Source: Eledone cirrhosa (Eukaryota). Taken from it: a stretch of 64,000 nucleotides of DNA. The notes below the pieces were generated by a model. That model was given only the letters and a program-made list of their open reading frames with translations. It searched no databases and was not told where the DNA came from. Numbering within the stretch: the first letter of the stretch is position 1; every line of letters begins with the position of its first letter. The stretch lies in contig OZ024743.1 of assembly GCA_964016885.1 (NCBI GenBank), forward strand, positions 19,654,001 through 19,718,000, read 5' to 3'. Below are positions 55,962 to 64,000 of this stretch, one piece after another. The position numbers and the translations under genes were made by a program.

Positions 55962-56710
55962 ATAATTGTTTCTATTTTATGCATAAGGACAGCAATATTT
56001 TGGGGAGTGGGGAGTCAATTAAATCGCCCCAGTGCATTACTGGTGCTTTATTTTATCGACCCCGTAAGGATGAAAGGCAAAGCTAACCTCGGCGGATTTG
56101 AACTCAGAACGTAAAGAGCCGTAACTCTATACTGCAAAGTAGGGTGTCCGACGCTCCACCGATACTGACAATAAACCACCCTAATCATCACTATATAATT
56201 GTTTCTATTTTTGGCACAAGGCCAGCAATTAGCCCAGTGTATTACTGGTACTTTATTTTATCGACCCCGTAAGGATGAAAGGAAAAGTTAACCTCGGCGG
56301 GATTCGAACTCAGATCATAAAGGGCCGTGACTCTATGCTGCAAAGCATAACGTCCGATCCTCTAGTGATATTGCCAATCCACTGCCCTTTATAATTGTTT
56401 CTACTATTGGCACAAGGCCAGCAATTACTCAGTATATTACTGGTACTTTATTTTATCGACCCCGTAAGGATGAAAGGCAAAGTGAACCTCGGCGGGATTT
56501 GAACTCACACCATAAAGAGGCGTAAATCTATCCTGCAAAGCATGGCGTCCGACCTTCTACTGATACTGCCAATCCTCCTAATCACTATATAATTGTTTCT
56601 ACTTTTTGGCACAAGGCCAGCAATTACCCAGTGCATTACTGGTACTTTATTTTATCGACCCCGTAAGGATGAAAGGCAAAGTCAACCTCAGCAGGATTTG
56701 AACTCAGATC
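55962..56710 (-). mobile_element. Cluster of four head-to-tail SINEs, the last 5'-truncated
   Basis: Copies at ~55962-56180, 56196-56386, 56392-56578 and 56589-56710, separated by (tcacta)tataat. Confidence 0.9.
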
Positions 56711-57410
56711 ACTATATAATGGAAGGTATTAAGCATAAATTGTGCAAAGTTTAAAACCACTATTTCTGAGGTCACAATCAAATATTAGGGCTGTTATTGA
56801 TATATGTTAGAAATGTTACATCTCTCTGTCATATTTGGCTTCACTTCTCTCACTTATAATTTTCAGCTTCTATCACTTCTTACGTAATATAAGCAAAATT
56901 GGAAATCCGAAGAAAATTGGAAAGGATATGACTCGGGAATGATGGTTAACATAAATCCAATAGATTTTGTGTCAAGAAGTTTAGCTGCCACTAAGCAACG
57001 AAATATCTCACGTTTTTTATTACAGACACTTCGACAGAGTGCGATAAATTAATGTTAAGACAAAGTGAAAAATGAATAGGTTAAAGGATACGGACAGAGG
57101 CTGAATGAGTGAATGAGTGAATTGACATGGAGGTAATTGGAGTGGGGTTTGAAGGACAGAGAAGAAAACAGATGCAGTTGGTGGTAGAGGTGAGTGCTGG
57201 TACAGGATATTAGTAGTAGTACGGCAAAGCAGTCAGGAAACACAGAAAGATATTAGTTACGGAGAGATATGGTTTCTGCTCCGTCACTCTATACATCATA
57301 TCCTATAGGTTGCATTACACAGGGTTCTTTACAAAGGATATGTTCAGGTCTTTTCGAACACTTTCATTCTTAGGCTCTCCTAAATCAATATTTTCGTTCG
57401 GTAGTGAATG

Positions 57411-57455
<45 letters not shown>

Positions 57456-57485
57456 ATATATATATATATATACATATATAAATAC

Positions 57486-57592
<107 letters not shown>

Positions 57593-57599
57593 CTTTATA

Positions 57600-57667
<68 letters not shown>

Positions 57668-57674
57668 CTTTATA

Positions 57675-57712
<38 letters not shown>

Positions 57713-57722
57713 AACAAGTATG

Positions 57723-57818
57723 ACCCCGACGGCAGAGCTCAAGCCGTTTCGACGGCTATCTCTGGGCTAAATAAGAATTTTTAGCCTGGTAAATAAATAC
57801 CCGAACTTCTCAGGGGGT
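57723..57818 (-). ncRNA. Type I hammerhead with full helix III, CUGAGAA core
   Basis: Inverted copy of 58197-58292. Confidence 0.75.
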
Positions 57819-58196
57819 AATTCCTTATATGGGAAGACAGTAATTGTCAAAAGGATTGGTCAAAAATTTGTTGTAAAGACATGATTCTATCATGGTATTT
57901 GGTGGGAGGTAGGGGTAGCTGAACTTGCCGGTAGACCAAAGAGGGAGTGGGGGAAACCCAGTCAAGTGTTGAAAGTGAAATCTATACAGCGTATAGATTT
58001 CACTTTCTTGTATAGATTTCACTTGCTATATAGATTTCACTTTCAACGCTTGACTGGGTTTCCCCCACTCCCTCTTTGTTCTACCGGCAAGTTCAGCTAC
58101 CCCTACCTCCCACCAAATGCCATGATAGAATCATGTCTTTACAACAAATATTTGACCAATCCTTTTGTCAATTACTATCTTCCCATATAAGAAATA

Positions 58197-58292
58197 ACCC
58201 CCTGAGAAGTTCGGCTATTTATTTACCGGGCTAAAACTTCTTATTTAGTCCAGAAATAGCCGTCGAAACGGCTTGAGCTCTGCCGTCGGGGT
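58197..58292 (+). ncRNA. Type I hammerhead with full helix III, CUGAGAA core
   Basis: acccc CTGAGAA g-tt-cggctattt..aaatagccg-t-c GAAA CGGC-ttgagctct-GCCG TC ggggt. Confidence 0.8.
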
Positions 58293-59006
58293 CATACACT
58301 TTCCTATTACCTACTCTACTACCCTAAGTATTGAGTACTTAGGTGCGTTATAGTCCATCTGGTTCCTTACCACATTTCCTTCGTTATATATATATATATG
58401 GGGAGGAGGTTATAGTTCACTTGAAGCATTGTGTAATGAGGTATAAACGTTAGAATATGTGTAATAAGGCCAAGACAATGCAGATATGGACATAGAAAAA
58501 GAATGCAATAGTGAGAGATATTGATGAGAATTCGTCTTTCACCTTGAATTTATTTAAATGTCCTTAATTTTCGAGATAATATCTCTTCTTCGGAGGGAAG
58601 TAAAAGTCTCAGACCAGCGTCTAAATTTCCAATGAAGCCATGCTGACCGGAAATAGTATAGAGTTCTAACTTTAATATCAAAGAATTAAAATTAGGTGGG
58701 TAAAGAGTAGTCTCCCTTTAAGAGGGGTTTGTTTATGTTTTTGTTGTGTTTTGTAAATTTTATATGCGTGCCTGTATATGTGTGTGGGAGAAAGCATGAA
58801 GGTGTAGGTATGTGTGTGTGTGAGTGTGGGAAGATAGGTCTAATCGTAAAAGTGGGGGGTAGGTGTTATCTGGTGTTAGAACTGGTTTTGTGTGTGTATG
58901 TGTGAGAGAGAATAAGTGGAGGTGTGTGCGTGCGTGTGTGTGGGGTGTGTAAAGTGGGGCTAGAGGCCCTATCAGGTTATAAATTGGGTGTTGAGCTCTG
59001 TACACA

Positions 59007-60566
59007 GTGATCCCGGACATGACCGCAGCCCAAATCGAAAAACAGACCAACTCCATTTGGTTCGATATCTGTAGGAGAAGACAACTCCCGAATAAAATTA
59101 AACTCAACTACACCACTAGAAATAGCAGACTGCCCACTTTCTACCACCTCATCAAGACCCACAAGAATAGCACTAAGACGCATATAAGACCCATCGTCTC
59201 TAGCATAGAAGGACCCCTATACAAAATTTCCTGGCTTCTCTCCCAGGTCCTCAAGCCTCTACTCTCCACCTTCCCCGGACATGTCAGTAGCTCCGACGAA
59301 GTTATACGTAGATTACACCAACTCCAGCCAGAACAACTTAAACTTAATAAATACGCTTTTAGCCTCGACGTTGTCTCCCTCTACACTACAGTTCCCGCTC
59401 ACCCAGCTGTCGATTTATTGACGGACTGCGCGGTCGCAGAGAACATCCACTGCTACGGCCTCCACCCGACGGACATACACCAACTTTTGTCCTTCACAGT
59501 AGACAACACGTACTTCACCTTCCACCACCACACATACAGACAGACAACAGGATTACCCATGGGATCCAGCCTCTCTGGCCTGCTGGCCATCACTTACATG
59601 AACCAGCTAGAATGCCGAGCCCTCAACACCTGCCATTCCCATGCCTTCTTCACCCGATATGTAGATGACATACTCATCCTTACATCATCCCGTGAAGAGG
59701 CAGAGAAAATATACACAACATTCTCCAGCATGGACGCCAGTATAAAGTTCAGCATAGAACACCCCGATGACCGCGGATCCCTATCCCTGCTGGACTTCCA
59801 ACTCAGGGTAACAGAGGAAGGCAACATCCACACCTGCTTCTATAAAAAATCCGCCAGCAGGGACCTGTTCGTACATTTCAGATCGGCCCTCCCACTCGGT
59901 GCCAAGTTCGGATACATAAAGAACGAACTGGCACGTATCAAGAACAAATGCACCGACGCCAGAGACCGAGACACACACACCACACATTTCCTGGAAGTAC
60001 TCAAACTGAACGGATACACGACATCCACCACAAACCGTGCCAGAAAGAACAGAGGACACCACACCCGAGGCACTAACACTTGCTTCCTGAAGCTCCCACA
60101 CTTCAGTGAAGAAACAACAACAGCCATCCGCAGAGCCATCAGACGAGAAGGTCTGGATATTCAACTGGCCCATTCGGGTCCTTCTTTGCGTGGACGGCTA
60201 GCTAAGAGACACTCCACCAGACATGACAACTGCTGTAGACTAGCCAACTGCCCCATCAACGACACAGACCTATGCCACCAGGCTTACGTAGTTTACAGAC
60301 TAGAGTGTGACAAATGCAACAACTTCTACGTAGGTAGCACCACCAGACCACTCCACATAAGAATAAAAGAACACCTCAATACTAACGCTTCCTCATTTAA
60401 GAAACACCTAGTTAAATGCAAAAACACTGATAAAAACATAACAGTTAGGATAGAAACTAAAGAAAGAAACCTCGGTAATCTTAGAATCAAGGAAGCACTC
60501 ATTATAGATAGAACACATCCACCAATCAATAATAGACTAGAGCTCAACACCCAATTTATAACCTGA
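59007..60566 (+). CDS. Penelope-like RT + GIY-YIG endonuclease, uninterrupted 519-aa frame, N-terminally truncated
   Basis: IKTHK..IRPIVS, SLDVVSLYT, LPMGSSLS, RYVDDI, VVYRLECDKCNNFYVGSTTRPLHIRIKEH. Confidence 0.9.
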   Translation: MIPDMTAAQIEKQTNSIWFDICRRRQLPNKIKLNYTTRNSRLPTFYHLIKTHKNSTKTHIRPIVSSIEGPLYKISWLLSQVLKPLLSTFPGHVSSSDEVIRRLHQLQPEQLKLNKYAFSLDVVSLYTTVPAHPAVDLLTDCAVAENIHCYGLHPTDIHQLLSFTVDNTYFTFHHHTYRQTTGLPMGSSLSGLLAITYMNQLECRALNTCHSHAFFTRYVDDILILTSSREEAEKIYTTFSSMDASIKFSIEHPDDRGSLSLLDFQLRVTEEGNIHTCFYKKSASRDLFVHFRSALPLGAKFGYIKNELARIKNKCTDARDRDTHTTHFLEVLKLNGYTTSTTNRARKNRGHHTRGTNTCFLKLPHFSEETTTAIRRAIRREGLDIQLAHSGPSLRGRLAKRHSTRHDNCCRLANCPINDTDLCHQAYVVYRLECDKCNNFYVGSTTRPLHIRIKEHLNTNASSFKKHLVKCKNTDKNITVRIETKERNLGNLRIKEALIIDRTHPPINNRLELNTQFIT

Positions 60567-60941
60567 TAGGGCCTCTAGCCCCACTTTACACACCCCACAC
60601 ACACGCACGCACACACCTCCACTTATTCTCTCTCACACATACACACACAAAACCAGTTCTAACACCAGATAACACCTACCCCCCACTTTTACGATTAGAC
60701 CTATCTTCCCACACTCACACACACACATACCTACACCTTCATGCTTTCTCCCACACACATATACAGGCACGCATATAACATTTACAAAACACAACAAAAA
60801 CATAAACAAACCCCTCTTAAAGGGAGACTACTCTTTACCCACCTAATTTTAATTCTTTGATATTAAAGTTAGAACTCTATACTATTTCCGGTCAGCATGG
60901 CTTCATTTGAAATTTAGACGCTGGTCTGAGACTTTTACTTC

Positions 60942-60976
60942 CCTCCGAAGAAGAGATATTATCTCGAAAATTAAGG
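60942..60976 (+). ncRNA. Minimal hammerhead variant (U4C plus extra A); inverted copy at 58562-58596
   Basis: cct CCGAAGA a gagat-att-atctc GAAA AT TA agg, then AATAAA. Confidence 0.6.
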
Positions 60977-61089
60977 ACATTTAAATAAATTCAAGGTGAA
61001 AGACGAATTCTCATCAATATCTCTCACTATTGCATTCTTTTTCTATGTCCATATCTGCATTGTCTTGGCCTTATTACACATATTCTAAC

Positions 61090-61147
<58 letters not shown>

Positions 61148-61323
61148 TTAAGGATACTATTTATGGTTATGTATGTAATAAAACCTTTTATGGTAATATA
61201 TTTTTTTATACAACCCTAAATAGTGAAAGATAGTCATTAATTACTATCCTATTACCAAACCTCGGTTTGGAGGAAACAATTGTAAGCAAATAAATGACTT
61301 AAACTGAACTTTGATTATTGTAA

Positions 61324-61374
<51 letters not shown>

Positions 61375-61399
61375 GTGTGTGTGTGTGTTAAGTGTTAAT

Positions 61400-61438
61400 T
61401 GAACAAGTACTTTCATGCTTTCGCAATCTTCAGGTTCA
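61400..61438 (-). ncRNA. Minimal type I hammerhead (PLE B terminal fragment)
   Basis: Same motif as 29962-30000. Confidence 0.85.
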
Positions 61439-61465
61439 CATTCAGTGGAGACAGTCAAGTTTGCA

Positions 61466-61542
<77 letters not shown>

Positions 61543-62567
61543 ACTTCTGTGCATATCACTAGGAGGGTTTTTTCCAGAATATCACCTGTATACATATCCA
61601 TTATTTTAAATCTAACATTATTTACGGGTAGAGAGAAGTTTATGTAATTTTGCAATAGAACATTTGACTATAAACTAAATCTATCTACACTTTGTTAACT
61701 TCCAGCTCTGATAGAGACTCAATAGAGGAGTAAACAAGTACATTACAAACAGTTTATATTTTCATGTCTGCTTCAGGCATTTTATTGTATTTCTATTTCA
61801 TTCGTTTACAGGAGCATGCGGATATGGAAGAGGGTAGGAACAAAGAACTTACGTCACTTTCACCAATCCGCCTAATGCCAGTTAGCTACTGATCTAAGCA
61901 GCAGCAGAGTAAATCTTAATCTCATTTTGTTAACTTCTATTGGTGAATTAAAGTTCGTTTACATAACGATTGAAGTGCTTTTATTATATTCTTCCTCCGG
62001 ACTATGTATTACGTGCAGACAGTATCAGTGGCACGGTATCGATCTCCAAATGAGTTAGAGTTCTCCAATTTATTTTTATATGAACACACACACAAATATA
62101 CACGCAATATTTGTATATATATATATATATATATAAACACAAATATGTATGCGTTCAATTACAGGGGACAGAAAACCAAGAAGTCTACGAAAGGAATGGA
62201 AAATACCTGGACAAACTCTAATAAGAGAATGTTTCGCCATAAAAAGTGAGGATTCCATACCGCTCAGTTCTTATCAACAGGTTTAAAATACTGTGGTTGA
62301 CACTTCTAAACTTACATCAGATAACTAACATAACGAACATGGTGAAAAGAGTAGAAAACACGCGCGCTACATAGTCTATAGTAGTGTGAATAGACCTAAT
62401 GACCGCTAGAAATAGCACCCCAGAACAATTCAATTTAGGAACCTCTACATACATATAGAAATGAATTGGGAGCCAATATATACAATTATAAAATGGAGTT
62501 AAAAACACGCGATAATCCCCTGTAATTTAATGATCTCAAGGGGTAGATGCCCAGCTTCTCATATATA

Positions 62568-62689
62568 TATAACAAAGAAATAGTGGTAAGGAACCAGATG
62601 GACCATACCGCACCAGAGTACTCAATACATAGGGTAGTAGATTGGGAAATAGGAAAAAGTATGACCCCCGGGGTCATACTTTTTCCTAT
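62568..62689 (-). mobile_element. 3' fragment of the 58197-type element, starting at the HHR cleavage site with a 20-bp fold-back
   Basis: ataggaaaaagtatgacccc-c-ggggtcatactttttcctat. Body is homologous to 58288-58388. Confidence 0.8.
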
Positions 62690-62890
62690 ATATATATAGA
62701 GATATGTATAGTGTTAGAACACTGGAAGGTAATATCCGTAGTGGTGAAGCACTCAGACCATGTGACGAGTTAGGTAGAAGTGGTTACACAACAGTTATTA
62801 GTTCACCATACCGAGAACAATTGTTTCACCTTAGCAGATCCTCACCTCGTAATGGACAAGGTTATATGTTCCGTATAACCATGTCCCTTA

Positions 62891-62928
62891 CGAGCTGAGG
62901 ATCCGCTAAGGTGAAACGATTGTTCTCG
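62891..62928 (+). ncRNA. Minimal type I hammerhead inside a fold-back (62778-62960)
   Basis: cgag CTGAGGA t-cc-gctaa-gg-t GAAA CGATTG TT ctcg. The inverted arm has GTGAGGA and CAATTG. Confidence 0.75.
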
Positions 62929-62956
62929 GAATGGTGAACTAACTGTTGTGTAAGCA

Positions 62957-63014
<58 letters not shown>

Positions 63015-63445
63015 TGTATGTATGTATATATGCATATGTATAGACAAACATGCATATATATATATATATAAATAGATAAGTGTGTGTGTGTGTGTGCATA
63101 TGTGCGTATACATATATATAAAATCTATGAAAAATACACACATATGTATTGATTTATTTAAGACTAAAGACAATTGTAAACTTCCAACCTTCTGATGAAT
63201 ATGCAGGTATACCCATTGATTAATGCAACTGGTCACGAAATGTCTGACAACAGAGATAATTTAATATTGGTCAACATTGTGAATATAAGGTAACACCTCA
63301 AAAAGGTTAAAAGAAAACAGACATGAACATTTTTATTATATGTGTATACATATATATATATATATGTGTGTGTGTCTGTGTGTATGTGTGTGTTTGTGTG
63401 TATGTGTGTATATATATAGAGAGAGAGAGAAAAAAGAGAGATAAT

Positions 63446-63519
<74 letters not shown>

Positions 63520-63520
<1 letters not shown>

Positions 63521-63825
63521 TGGAAAAGATTCAGGTTCCTCGACGGGCTGAGCTCCGGCTTTTTCGAGAGCTAGATCCGAACTAAACCGGTAGCGTTAGG
63601 TCCTAACACTACGGGTTTAGTTCGGATCTAGCTCTCGAAACGGCCGGAGCTCAGCAGTCGGCGTCCAGACTCTTTTCCTATTACCCATTCTACTATCCTA
63701 AGTTTCGAGTACTCTGGTGCCTTATGGTCTACCTGGTTCCTTACCACATTTCCTTCGTTATACATACATAGGAAAATGTTTAACCCCGACGGCAGAGCAC
63801 ATGCCGTTTCGACGGCTATTTCTGG

Positions 63826-63830
<5 letters not shown>
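63520..63830. mobile_element. Fold-back and truncated fragments of 58197-type elements with HHR 3' halves
   Basis: Pivot ttagg-t-cctaa near 63601. GAAACGGC..GCAGTC at 63637-63659. Minus-strand GAAACGGC..GCCGTC-ggggt at 63783-63810. Confidence 0.75.
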
Positions 63831-63922
<92 letters not shown>

Positions 63923-64000
63923 TATTGAAATTTGCTTAAAGCATTGTGGAATAATAAGATTTATTTTCTTTTGGTCGCTTTGGAAGCCTCAACAATGCAG

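Larger units (their letters stand above)
57710..58388. mobile_element. Fold-back pair (~275-bp arms) of a non-coding HHR-bearing element
   Basis: 57710-57987 is inverted relative to 58028-58305. The pivot has three short tatagatttcactt repeats. Confidence 0.88.
58443..61095 (+). mobile_element. Young 5'-truncated PLE family C with a ~555-bp inverted terminal copy
   Basis: 58443-58999 is a near-perfect reverse complement of 60539-61095. Confidence 0.93.

Overview
This is an AT-rich, microsatellite-dense eukaryotic window with no confidently identifiable host gene. The tRNA-derived SINEs resemble octopod-type SINEs, so the source is probably an octopod cephalopod (inference). The window is dominated by retroelements. 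There are at least five coding Penelope-like element (PLE) families (RT + GIY-YIG), a truncated RTE LINE, an internally deleted Tx1-type LINE, RTE-derived non-autonomous elements, about ten SINEs, MITEs and a probable solo LTR. The main hidden signal is RNA structure. By eye I find roughly 30 complete, mutated or partial hammerhead ribozyme (HHR) motifs from more than ten distinct families. They include compensatory U3-A8 cores, C3-A8 and U4C cores, HHRs with large branched helix II domains, a candidate permuted pseudoknotted HHR, and a head-to-head array of 310-bp retrozyme-like units. Many insertions are fold-back palindromes or truncations with breakpoints inside HHR helix II, and one lies exactly at the predicted cleavage site. 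All folds were derived by hand and no activity has been tested. Most short ORFs in the supplied track are microsatellite artefacts.
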